Shown here piece after piece: positions 10,552 through 22,564 of a DNA stretch of 64,000 nt; the stretch's first letter is position 1; the number at the start of each line of letters is the position of its first letter. The notes under the pieces were generated by a model that was given only the letters and a program-made list of their open reading frames with translations, made no database searches and was not told where the DNA came from. Made by a program: the position numbers and the translations under genes. Origin of the DNA: Pelomyxa schiedti (taxonomy: Eukaryota > Protista > Evosea); the NCBI GenBank assembly GCA_020536535.1, contig JAHLWZ010000171.1, positions 62,001-126,000 on the forward strand. The letters are read 5' to 3'.

Positions 10552-13500
10552 TTACAGAGAGTTGGGGGGGTGGTCTCGGCTGGCACTGCCTGGTTCGGTT
10601 TCGGGTTCAGTTTCAGGTTCAGGGTTGCAAGTGGGAGTTGTTTCATCTGTGGTCCGGTCTGTGGACTTCATGCGAAGCTGGAGCAGAACATCAGTGAGCC
10701 TGCTGCTGCAACTCATGGTTGTGTTGGTTTTAATGGAGGTTGTTGTTTGTATCTCGTTCTGCTCGCTTCCAGAACTTTGTTGCACCGGCAGCACATTTGG
10801 TGGGTAACTTGCCATCAGAGGTGAAAGCTTGTATGACTTGGTAAACCCATCAGCGGCGTCGCCGATATAGACTTGGTGGTCTGCGAGGAAGCATGTGTTT
10901 GGTTGGTCATTGTTATGTCCTTAACATGTTGAGAATACTTTTCAACATTCAACAGGCTACCTAGATGTAATATCCCTTTTCTTTGAGGGTTCATATCTTT
11001 CAGGCACCTCAGTATGCTGGAAAATTCGGGGCGGGAATCAGGGTCATGCTGGATATAGAATAAATCTCCCACCGAAGAAAGTTTTTTATTTACCCGCCAG
11101 CATTTAGATATGATGTCCTGGCATTTACTTGGGGAATCATCTGGTAATTGCGGGCGTGAGCCAGAGAGTACCATAGAGGGTATGTCCCAAGGTTTAGTAT
11201 TTCCCCAGGGATGATCCTGGCTGAGCACTTCCCAGAAAATGATGGCAAAGGAATAAACATCAACCTAAAAGAAGATTACTCTGCTTCTTAGTTGAGAGCG
11301 GACCTTGTGGTTGTAGGGCTTGTTATCAAGCATTTCAGGTGCCCTGGATTAATTAAAATAGAATCTATTTTAAGGAATTTCCGCTTACATGTACGCTGGA
11401 GTACCAATGCAACCTAACGAAGAATTGAATAAAACTTTGGAGAGGAATAAGATACCTGTGTGAGAGAATAACTCTGAGAGCTACAAAAGTGGTATAAGAA
11501 TGAAAAAAAATGAAGAAGGGAGGGGGAAGGCACTGTCGGCACGTTTTTTGCACTTCCTGGAACAGTGTTGGAATTAAAATACAATTTGCCAATAATACCG
11601 AAATCAGTGAGTTTGCAATGAAGTTTCGATGAAGGGGAGGTGGAGACCATTAAAATGTCTTGATGTGGCTCAGTTAAAATTATTGATAATTACATACTTG
11701 TGCACTTCAAGTCTCGGTATCTGTTTGATGGGTTACTAAATGCATGCCTCAAGGAAAGGGTTACATGACACTATGGGAATGCAAAAAACACATGGCATTT
11801 GCAACATCCGTAGCTTGTGTATTTCAAGTTTTAGAACAAAGATATAACAGGGAATGTTCTTTTCTTGTTACCTATTTTTACCTGTAACCACAATTAGAAA
11901 AAGCTGTAGCTGTGGAAGAGGCTACTTTCAGATTTTCCGTGAGAAGATGGCTTGGAGCTGAATGAACGAAGTGGGATAGGGAACCCAGCTCGTGAAACTT
12001 GAATGACAATTAAAGTAAGCAGAGAACAAATATACTCTACCTCTGTTACGATGCATAATTTCCCTGGTACAGATGATGCACCTATGAATATCAGATGCAT
12101 ACAAGACTGAGAATTTATCACCTATAAAAGTAACAATATATTTTCCATGTAAGCTGAAAATGGGAAGTAAGTTACGGGATTCATGAAAGCAAAGAAACCT
12201 TTTCATCAGTTTGACCTCACTTTCGAATGTGGCCAACTCATAGTCCAAGAGATGGTGCTGCCTTTTTGGTACCTTAGGCAATGTTTGTGGTTCATTGAAA
12301 AAAAAAATTAACACTGACTTTGATAGCCACCATTTGTTTTCTGTATACGCCACGGTAAACTCTAGATATCATAAGAAATAGACTTATGTGAGAAGTAACT
12401 ACACTCCAAAGCCTCCTGAAGCTATTGGGGCAGGCTCAATCGTCAACTCTGCAGGGTCAATGTTATCAGAGACTTCTCCCTTTCTATCGTTAAAACTCTT
12501 ATGAATACACAAAGCTGCACCATCAGTGAGATTTCAAATAAAAACTCAGATACAAGAGTTCCAGCAGTACTGCGCCGCACTTCAGCTTTCAAATGCCGTT
12601 GAAAAAGAGTTGTGTACATCAGTTGAAAAGAAACTTGCACCTGAGTGGCAGATAGGGCAGGAAGTGTTCCTTGGCCTGGATTTACATTGCAAATAAAAAG
12701 AAAAGGTTCCTTCAGTTTATTTAGTTCTGAGGGCTCTTTTGAATTTGATACCTGAGGAACATAAAATGAAAATGTATACTCACAAGGTGTGCGGTTGTAG
12801 AGCGTAATAAATTCACTTCTTTCTGATGCAACAGGAAATGCAACGCTTTCAGGGATCCCAAATGTCAGCTTTTGGGGTTTTACATACAGACCTTCACAGC
12901 AAATTACTCCTCTGCCCAGAATATACTTTGCTTCTTCTTCTGCATGCACCCACATTATTGGCTTTTTCTCATCGGAAGCAGGGTAAATGGTGATCCTCTT
13001 CCTTCTCCACCAAAAAACACTTCCACCCACTACTGCAACAAGCATCAACTGCAAACATACAAGTGTAACACCAACTCCCCAAATTGTGGCAACGCGATCT
13101 CGCTTCTCTGGAAGAGTAGCAGTCCAATTAATGCAAAAGCCTTGCGCAGTATGGATGAAATCAGATTCAAAAATGATTTGTATGCTGTTGACATTTTTCA
13201 CAGAGAACACTTGTGGGTACACAGTCCCATGACCTAGTGTCGTGAACTGCACAGGGGTAGAGTTTTGATCTTGAATAGTTGCAATAATGACAATGTCCGC
13301 AGTAAACAGATCGACCATCTCCAAAATCAACTTAAAATTGTAGTGGTCGGACCTTTAAAAAATGTTGGGAAGTTGTATTAATAATGTTCTCGAGCCTACC
13401 CTGGCTGTAAGAGCCATGTGCAGTTGGAACTGGTTAGGTACAGAGGGGAGAACCCAGATGGTGGATTATCAGAAGATACAACCCCAGACATATTACGTGA

Positions 13501-14825
13501 CAAACTGTCAATTGAACACCCTCGGCTGCAGTCCCACCAAAAGTGGTTTGGTTCACAAGTACAGACGTTGTAAGTTGAATTGGCTATGCCATGCACACAC
13601 GGTAGAGGAGAAGAATCACTGGTAAGATTGCAGCTCACCCAATCGCGTATTGTAAATGGAATCCAAGCAAGGACTTCAGTACTAAAGAAAGAGTACTGAA
13701 TAAAGACAAATTATCTCAGCAGTAATTTACCTTGCTGACAGGAAAAGTGCCAGTAAGTAATCACCGGGACTTAAGTAGGTATCAAGATATTTGGTCCCTG
13801 TAAGGTTTCCTGTGAGGGAACCATCAGAGGGGACAACATCAGTCCAACTAGAAAAATATCTGGGGTCTATAAGTTAAAGTTTCATGGCTCACTATACCTC
13901 CACTCTAAACTGAGCCATTCGTGTGTGAATGGGTCTTGATAGATTGAAAACCAGTCTAAGGCTGGATATTGTCCATAAAGGCCATATGTGATGCTGATGG
14001 GTTCACCTGGGCAATTCACTAGAGGTACTTAAAAAAAAAAAAACCCTGTGATTTTTGATTACCATCAACTACTAACAGAGTTGAGCAATCATCAGAGTGC
14101 CATCCAGGATTGCAAACACATTGTGTCTTTCAAAAGGGTCTCATATAAGCCAGGAAGACATATGGAAGGCTTACCAAATTCAAGTCACAATACCCATGTA
14201 CACACTGAAATCTACATGCAGATGGGCGGCAAACCTGGGTCAAAAACTAAAAAAAAAAAAGGTAAAAGGAAGGTGAAGTAAACTTTTAGAAATTGCAGTG
14301 TCACAGGCTTGTAGATAGTCCCATTGGGTAGATAAACGATAAAAACAAGCTGTATCACTAAAACTGCTCGTACTTCACATTGGAAACTGAGTCTGAACTC
14401 CGTTTGGTTATGTGGAATTTTATTTGTTTGGTTTAGAGACGTGCTAGTGACAATATCCTGCGACGTGTAAGAGGCGGTGAGATTCCAACTGTATTACCGT
14501 TTCTATACTTTCTTCACTTGAGCTGATCACAAAAGAGTGCAACACTGTGCAAGAGGCATTTGTATCTTCTGTCCATATCCAACTGCCTTCTCCTTCAAGC
14601 TCGTTTCCCGCGAAGAGAGTATCCGCTATCGACTTCATCACAAAAAACCAAGCGGAAGAGGAAAAGCTAACAAGGATTCAAGAACTCAGCAGTGGTTTGG
14701 CCAGAGATAACAGCAGGTCGACCCTGCACAACAACCTCTAGACCAGTTGGAACAGCAAAAGCGTCGACGCAGCAACACAGAGTCATTGTCACCATAACCA
14801 CACCGGCAACAACGACTGCAGGCAT
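10552..14825 (-). CDS. Single-pass receptor-like TKL kinase: signal peptide, EGF-like and CUB ectodomain, TM helix, juxtamembrane Ig/MSP-like region, kinase
   Basis: Signal-like MPAVVVAGVVMVTMTLCCC; EGF PCVHG..CTCEPNHFWWDCS; CUB SSDNPP..SSNCTWLL and IIFESD..AQGF; TM IWGVGVTLVCLQLMLVAVVGGSVFWWRRKR; kinase YRDLK, LTDFG, GTPAYMAPE and DVYSFAIIFWE. Confidence 0.88.
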
Positions 14826-15142
14826 CTTGTGTCGCAGATCCGGCAGCAGCGGATCCACGCTGCCCACTCCAACACCCCCGACTACAAAGAGATTGCGATG
14901 TATCGTTCTGCTGCCCGTAAAAAAAAAACGAACTCAACGCACTGGAATTACCTTGCAAGATCTCTCAGTGCTGTGTCTCAGTGGGCTACCTTGTACCCCG
15001 CACTGCGAACACTTGTGGAATCTATGGCACAAGGCTCTGAATCATCGGCGCAGGCAGATCACATCTGTTTCGGTGATCGTCAATTTGCCAAAATTTGCCT
15101 GTGTCGAAGGTCCAAACGAGTACGAGATCACGCGGGACCGCC

Positions 15143-18100
15143 ATGGACGACACCAACAACACCATAGAGGAGCCCCAGTTCGGCGACTCCCCGCCCGAGG
15201 CCCCGCCTCCCCCGCGCCCGCAGCCCCCCCAGGCCCAGGCCGACGGGCACCCCCCGCCCCGTCCCGCCGCCAGCGACCAAGGGACGCAACAGCAGCGGCA
15301 GCAGGCAATGCAACAACAGGCCCAGGCACCGGCCCGCCAGCAGCAACAATCGGCAAGTGGGGCCGCGTCGCCGTCATCGTCGTCGTCCGCGTCCTCTTCG
15401 TCGCCGTCTCCCTCACCGCCGTCGTCGCCCGAGAGGGCGGGCAGCAAAGGGGACAAAGACAAAGACAAGGATAAGGACAAGGAGGGCGAGAAGGACAAGG
15501 ACAAGGACAAGGACAAGGACAGGGACGCGGACTACGAGAGGGGGGTAAGGGAGGAAAAGGAGCGCGGCGACAGGGACAGGGACAGGGACAAGGACAAGGA
15601 GAGGGACAGGGACAACGAGGAGACGCCGGAGGAGAGGAAAAAAAGGGCCGAGGAGGCGGACAGGGACAAGGAGGGGGACAGTAAGGATAGAGACAAGGAC
15701 AAGGACAACTACAGAGATAGGGACCGTGATCGGGATCGTGATAGGGACAGGGAGAGCAGGTACTCGGAGAGAGACAGGGACCGAGATAGAGATAGGGACC
15801 GGGACAGGGACAGGGACAGGGATAGGGACAGGGGGGATGGGAGGTACGCTGACAGAGAGAGAGACAGGTATGAGAGAGATAGGGAGCCCGATAGATTCCG
15901 GGATAGATATCCTTATCGGGAGAGGGATTGGGAAAGGTGCGCCAGTGCCCCTTTGCTTTGCTTTTCTTCACATTGTTTGTTTGTTAAAACTCTTGTAGGG
16001 AAAGGGAAAGGGGAAGGGATTATGAAGGAAGCCATGATCGTGATAGGTCACGGTAGGGAATTGAAGTTTGTTCATTTTCTAATGTTAGTCCTCCCAGATC
16101 GCCTGGTGATGCTAGAAGTGAAAGAGAACGGAGATGGGGGAAGGAATCTGACCGCTCGGAAAGGACAGATTCCAGTCCAACTTCCTATAAACGGTATAAA
16201 CCAGACTATGAACTGGCTCGGTATGATCCTTTTGGTGGTGGCAAAATAGGAAAAACCTAACTATGCCTAGAGGTCCAAGAGGAGGATACCGAGGACATTT
16301 TTCTGGTGATACCGATTCGAGTTATGACCGAGGTAGTTTATAACATAACCATTGTTCTTCTCACTGTTGTTTAGGGCGAACCTTTGCACAAACACGTCCA
16401 TGGTTGTTCCTTCGCCAGTGTGGTGTGTCTAACCTTCTTCTAGGGCACCCTCAAGTACCCCCAAGGTGGGCTTGCTTGATACTTCAATTGGACTCCTTTC
16501 ATATAAGCAGTTCATGGAAACACTTGATGACAGTGTTACCCCAGAAGAGGCACAAACTAAATATGACACATATAAAGTACTTTTATCGATATATCTTCGT
16601 CCTACAGCAACAATTAGTCGGAATACAAACGGAAAGTGGCACGCACATTCTTCACTGAACACAAAGATGATGGCTGGTTCAAGGACAAGTACGATCCCCG
16701 TGTTGTTTCCAAACGCAAAGAAGAAAAAGCTGGTTTGGGCTTCCCTTCCTTAATAATACATTAACGTGCTCCTTTGCAAATGAAATAAAGAATCCAGTCA
16801 TGCTGCCCTTCGGGTGTTTATCGAGGAATTAAACGCGGACACATTGACATGGAACTTGGGTATTTTCCTGATTCTCTTCTTCCTCAAATCAACAGCTGCC
16901 TAGATTCCGACTTGTATTCAATGGAAGGTTGTAGTATGTTCCCTTAAAAAAGTGTTAACAGGAGTAGACCAAGAAAAACCTAGTGATCAAAGAGTTGAGT
17001 CCGAGGGCGAATTGGAGCCAGAGGGTATGTTTTGCTATTGGTTTCACAATTGATAAATTGTTTTCTTTTTCCCACAGAAACCAAATTAGAAGAAGGCATG
17101 ATTGTTGAACCAACTTCTGAGAAACCACCAAAGAAGAGGTTACATCCACTAAAATGTTGCATCTGTAATAGGTTTACCAGGTTACCACGCGTGCCCCAGA
17201 ACATACTCTTCGCACAATCTGTGCCCATAACGGCATGTAGATCGGATTTGTTCTCCCTCTTCAATCAAGTAGAAGGTAGTTCCTAAACGAGAAACATTGC
17301 CAAATAATTTTCATTCTGTAGGACTAAGGAGCGTTGTATTATCTGAGCCAAACCAAACAGTAGGGTATTCACGAATGGCTTGGATTTCTTATAACACAGC
17401 TGCCCAAGCAACCAAAGCACTTCAAACATTCAATAATCATAAGGTAAGAGTAATCAAGACACACCTTATTTAACTTGGAAAAAGATGGGGGATACCGAAT
17501 TGCACCTAATTGCACACCATCCCTCTGGGGAAGTTATCAACCCAAAGTTGGTGCCGTCGATATCTTGGACAGACGAGCGAATAAAAATCGACCTTCAAAA
17601 TTGCCTTCAATTGGTGAATCACCTTAATGAGGTTGGGCTGATTAACCAGTATCTGGAAGAATAAAACAATAAAGGAAAAGGGAATTACTGTCGATCCCCT
17701 CATGTCACATCATGACTGGAATAACTGGAAACCCATCGAACAGCTGGACAGACTTATTACCTACCTAAGGTTGTCATTTTTGAAGAGATTAAACTATGCT
17801 CATTCCAATACAGGCGGGTTCACTTCATATGCTACTATTGTGGGGTTGAAGAAAAGGAGGATGAAGATGATTTGCAGAAACATTGCCCTGGACTCCACTT
17901 AAGAAGGAAAACAGACCCACCAGAGACAAACCGTAAGAATGTGTAAATTCTTCCGACTTTAAGAATGGTTTATATCTTAGAAAAAACGACCCTGCAATGG
18001 GTGAAAGAGTTGGATGCCAAAGTCAAAGTGCGTTTACAAAAGACAACATCTAGTGGCATCAAAGAAATTCTCGACAAGTTATTTTAGTCCTACTCCTTTC

Positions 18101-19415
18101 AATTGTTTACACCATTATTAGGGCGGCAAAAGGGTATTGCGTATCACAGAGCACAAAGATTGAGGAACAAAAATGGAAATGTGAACTGTGTGGAAAACTT
18201 TTCTGTGGTGAAGAGTTTCTTCACAAGCACATTGGTATGAAATAAGTTAGCTTGGCTTGGATTGATTGACTTTCCCTCTTAGGTCTGAAACACCCAATAC
18301 AATTGGAAGAAGCAAGGAAAAAAGTATTTTTTTTTTTCGTTTTCCTCCAATGACTTTATCAGGCAGTGGAGGAGCAATTTTTTGCCAATTATTGCACAGA
18401 TCCCCATCACGTGTTGCCTCTTCCCATGGCAAAGCAGGTGCCAATTTCCATGCTTCTGCCACAGGGGCCTCCACAATTAGGGCGTGGGGGTTTAGTTGGG
18501 AGAGGTGTGCCTGTTGGAAGAGGTGGAGTTCTTCCTCCTGGCGGCCCTTGGCACGGCCCATGGGGTGCCCCTGACCAAGTTCCCCTTTGGCCGGTATATT
18601 CCCATTCATTCTTCATTCTCTCAACTCTCTTTACCACAGGCCCCATTTGTTGTTGCCCCTGGTGGAAGAGGTGTTGTAGAAGTACCTGTTCCGTTTTTAC
18701 CAGGAGGGAGAGGAGTTCTCATCCGCGGTGCGTATTTATAGGCCTTTGAAACCAATGACGTTGACTTAACACAGGGAGAGGACGCGGTTTCCGCGGAGGC
18801 TACAGGGGAAGAGGAGACTCGGATCCGTCAGGTTAGTAACCTCCCACCATCGCCGCCACCACCTTCCTTCAACTCACCCTGGTAGGGGGTGTACTGCCTA
18901 TGTATGTATTACCAGAAAGAAGGGTTACAGAGTACAGTGACTTGGACGCGCCTCCAACCGCCGATGTTGATGCACTTGCCATGTACAAGGCTGCTATGAG
19001 AAGCGCAACCTCCTCATCGCCAGGAGCACTCAGCACTGCCAACGCCACCAACACCAACACAAACACAAGCACAAACCCCAACACCAGTGCAAACCAACTC
19101 CAAAACCAAAAAGCAACAACCCCAACTAAACAAGAAGGCTCCAACAACACAACAACGCCAAATAAACCAGCCGAGACAAGCACCACCGAATTAACTCCCA
19201 AGACCGCCGCCACAACACCCAACGCCCAGCTACAACCACCACAACAACAAACAGCACCGGTTGTTGCCACAACAACCCCTTCCTTGCACCAAGACACACC
19301 CATGCAAGAACAAACTCAAACCATTCCCGTAGCTTCTACAACAACGATGGACACAGACACCTGTTTAAGTAGCAGTAGCAACAGCAGCACCTCCCTGTCA
19401 TACTCTGGATACTAG
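15143..19415 (+). CDS. SRRT: SERRATE/Ars2 RNA effector homolog
   Basis: Arg/Asp-rich N-terminus; [35 protein letters not shown]; [18 protein letters not shown]; C2H2 finger [21 protein letters not shown]; C-terminal [12 protein letters not shown]. Confidence 0.9.
15452..15830 (+). repeat. Coding hexamer microsatellite (GACAAG/GACAGG) encoding DK/DR dipeptide repeats
   Basis: Tandem gacaag/gacagg units within SERRATE exon 1. Confidence 0.85.
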
Positions 19416-19647
19416 CAACCATAAACNNNNNNNNNNNNNNNNNNNNNNNNNNNNNNNNNNNNNNNNNNNNNNNNNNNNNNNNNNNNNNNNNNNNNNNNNN
19501 NNNNNNNNNNNNNNNNNNNNNNNNNNAAGAACAAACTCAAACCATTCCCGTAGCTTCTACAACAACGATGGACACAGACACCTGTTTAAGTAGCAGTAGC
19601 AACAGCAGCACCTCCCTGTCATACTCTGGATACTAGCAACCATAAAC
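19306..19647 (+). repeat. 121-bp direct duplication flanking a 100-N gap (19427-19526), probably an uncollapsed contig overlap
   Basis: 19306-19426 is identical to 19527-19647. Confidence 0.9.
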
Positions 19648-19732
19648 AATTTTTTTGCAAAGGCCAAACAAAGGCCAAGGCTTTTCTCTTTTCATTATTT
19701 TTTTTGCCAAACAAACTTTTCGTGAAACGCGA

Positions 19733-20131
19733 ATGAGCGAGGCTGCGGCGTCGCAAGTGGAGACCACGGAGCAATTGGGGCAATTCCTTGCCTCAATTGC
19801 GCACAGGAGACGGATAAGTGTGGCCACGTGGCAACGTGCAGTGCAGGGGATTGCTGTCATCGCTGTGGCCATTGCCCTGGCTTGTTCCGTCGTGTGGTTC
19901 TTGGCGCTGAGGCCGCTGTTGGGTGGTGCCGTGCCTCTCGACGCTGTGGCTGCGGGCAAATCGACGAGCCACAGAGCAGAGGGGTGGAGCCTGAGCGATC
20001 TGTTGCTTGGGGAGGACGGACACAGTTGCGGTGTGGAGTACTACGTGGCGTTGGTTCCTTTGACGATACCCATGGTGTTGGTGTGGTCGCTGACAAACTG
20101 GTACGGCCTCAAATTCTTCAGGCACAACTAG
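19733..20131 (+). CDS. PIGY: GPI N-acetylglucosaminyltransferase subunit Y (PIG-Y/Eri1-like), intronless
   Basis: Two hydrophobic segments and C-terminus YYVALVPLTIPMVLVWSLTNWYGLKFFRHN*, typical of the PIG-Y family. Confidence 0.82.
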   Translation: MSEAAASQVETTEQLGQFLASIAHRRRISVATWQRAVQGIAVIAVAIALACSVVWFLALRPLLGGAVPLDAVAAGKSTSHRAEGWSLSDLLLGEDGHSCGVEYYVALVPLTIPMVLVWSLTNWYGLKFFRHN

Positions 20132-20844
20132 CGAGATTCAGAGCACGGAATGCACTTGTCAACCAGGCTGTTAATGTTAGCTTTACAGTGGGCGTACTAT
20201 GATAGTCAATTGCTTTCACGTCAGCCTAAAAGATAATTGAACAAAAACCTTGGGGATTTAAATGGTACCCAGACACCTTAATGCTGATCTTTCCACAAGC
20301 AAACAACCCTTTCATCTTATCTTCGACGAGGAAGAAAGGCACCAGCCCATTTATGAACGGCCTGTGCCTATTCTAGTATGTCGTTCTTTCTCCCTTGTGT
20401 CGAGTTTGACTTGGGTTCTTTGCTTATTTGAAGTGGTGGCAACTCCGTTCCTCATAGTTTGTTTTGTGGCGTAAAGGTAGACAAAAGAAGATAGGTATCC
20501 GTGAATGTAAGAAAAAGAAACGGATTGAATGCACAAATTGATTTTTTTAATTCTGATTCGTCAACAACCAAGAGACGGCCAGAGTCACAAGGGCACAGGA
20601 AGGAGTGTGTCTTGGCAGGTAATAGGGTTTCCTTTTCCCCCCAGCTCGACCCGATCTCGCAGTTGTTTGGCCAAACCAGTGGCACCACAACACAAGACCA
20701 AAGATCATAGGAGGGGGGATAGAGCCCTGTGGTTACCACGTTCAACAAGACTCCTGCTCTTCCCGTATTATGCCCGGTGCGGCTCTGTGGTCCGTCCCTG
20801 TATGGTTGTTGTCTGATTACAGTTTTTGTTGTTAGTGTGTGCGT

Positions 20845-20902
20845 TTAGAAGCACTTGCGGTGGACAATGGCGGGGCCAGACTCGTCGTACTCCTCCTTGG
20901 AG
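20845..20902 (-). CDS. ACT: Actin, last 18 codons only (remainder lost in gap 20903-21002)
   Basis: Reverse strand reads SKEEYDESGPAIVHRKCF*, the conserved actin C-terminus. Confidence 0.9.
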
Positions 20903-21002
20903 NNNNNNNNNNNNNNNNNNNNNNNNNNNNNNNNNNNNNNNNNNNNNNNNNNNNNNNNNNNNNNNNNNNNNNNNNNNNNNNNNNNNNNNNNNNNNNNNNN
21001 NN
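20903..21002. other. Scaffold gap (100 N placeholder; true size probably larger)
   Basis: Run of N; the missing actin CDS must lie here. Confidence 1.
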
Positions 21003-21100
21003 TTCCCCCCCCCCCCCCCCTTTTGATTTACCTCCCCCCATTATTTTATAATAACCTCCCTCCCATACTCCTCCCTCCCGTGTTTGAGAGAGCAAAGAAC

Positions 21101-21655
21101 CTTGAGTGGGATTCCCTCATAGACGCAAGTTGGTAAATGTAAAGAGCAACGCATAGGGTGCATCGCCTCGGCCTTGTGCCTGTGCTGATGCCCCCGCTCG
21201 TCCCTCTCGTGGCTCCGCTGCTGGTGGGCCCTGCCGCCCCCTCCCCCTCCCGCTCCCCGCCCGTCGCCTCCCCGATTTTCCTCTTCCGCTGGCCCTCCGG
21301 TGGGCGCCGGCGCCGCGTCGGGCACCACGGAGTCGAGGTTGCGCAGCCTCAGGGGCGGCACTGCGGCGGCCCCTCCTGGTCCCCGCGAAGAGCTGGGCGG
21401 GGGCGCGGGGCCGGATGCGCCGGTGGCGGTGGTGGCGGGAGGGGGCAGCGACGACGGAGGGGGGAGCGAGGCTGGAGGCACGGCGAAGCGGGGCGGCGAG
21501 GTGCGGTCGACGAAGCCGGGCGCTGAGGCCCCGCGGCCCGTTCCTGTCTGCCTCGCTTGTTGTTGCTGCTGCAACATCGCAGCGTTCCAAGACGTCGTGG
21601 TCATCGTCGTCGTTGTGGCCGTACTCGTGGTCGACGACGCCACGTTGTCTTGCAT
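21101..21655 (-). CDS. Hypothetical protein, GC-rich low-complexity first exon running toward the gap
   Basis: ATG at 21655 after an A-rich leader; Thr/Gln/Pro/Gly-rich ORF; plausible donor AAG|GT near 21100. Confidence 0.5.
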
Positions 21656-22564
21656 TTTATTTTATTTTTTTTTCCTCCTTGTTTCCTGTTTTCACAAAAG
21701 TACGCACGGCTTTTCGGAGAGTGAATGGTTGGAGATCCTGTGACACAGAACTTCCGCATCTGCCAAGTAGTTGTACACTCATGCTATGCAGTGTGTAAGT
21801 GGGTGGGACCCTGGGTCCTGAAAGTGACAGCAAATTAATGGGTCAATAAATATCAACAGACCGGAACGCATTCATTTCCGGAATCATTGGGCCCAAGGCC
21901 GGTGGTTTTTTTTGTACCAATGACAATACACGATCCGATCGTACCCACACACGATCAATGAGTAGTAGTTATTCTGCTGGGGAGACCAGGCTCCGTTTCT
22001 CCTGTGTGCCCACCCACGCTGAGGGGCACCAGTCCCGCCGTCGTGCTGTCCCCCCACCCTCATTTTGTCGCCGAGTACCTCGCATGGCCCATGGGTGTGG
22101 GTGCAACCGATGCCTTGCAAAGGAAGAAGGTAACCCGATTCCGGAGCAGTGGACGAGGGTGGCAGTGAGCCTGGCCACGCTCGCGCTTGGCATCATGGGC
22201 TCCCCTGTGCGTGGCCGGTGTAACCACAACCACATGGGAATGAGTTTTTAGTGCTGCACTGCTCATGTTCGAAGCACCATCAGCCACCTTCAATATCGTA
22301 TGATGGCGGCATTACCAACTTGAATTTATGAGCAAAGGTATAAATACTTCATCTAATGAGACCCTTATTTGCTCCATCTACTTCATCCACCTGAGCTCTT
22401 ATTTTCCAGGTGGACACACAAACCTCAAATGCACCAAACTGCAACCACCCACTTTGCTCCAAATGCTCCGACAAAGGTGTTTGGAGGAAATTCCTTTTGG
22501 CAACCCTGTTTTACCTACTGAGACAAAAAATAAGTTTTCTGTAGTCCGATGGGAACATATGTTT

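Noticed and set aside
15452-15830. Tandem repeats considered as a CRISPR-like or satellite array
   Set aside because: They are hexamer coding repeats without unique spacers, in a eukaryotic context.
15042-15971. 309-aa minus-strand ORF with Pro-Cys repeats (metallothionein-like)
   Set aside because: It is the antisense shadow of the DR/DK microsatellite in SERRATE exon 1.
19306-19647. 121-bp direct repeat that could be read as an LTR or target-site duplication
   Set aside because: The copies are identical and sit exactly on both sides of a 100-N gap, the typical pattern of an uncollapsed contig overlap.
20200-20820. Short ORFs or a possible ncRNA between PIG-Y and actin
   Set aside because: No recognisable protein motif or tRNA/rRNA/snRNA signature; probably convergent 3' UTRs.
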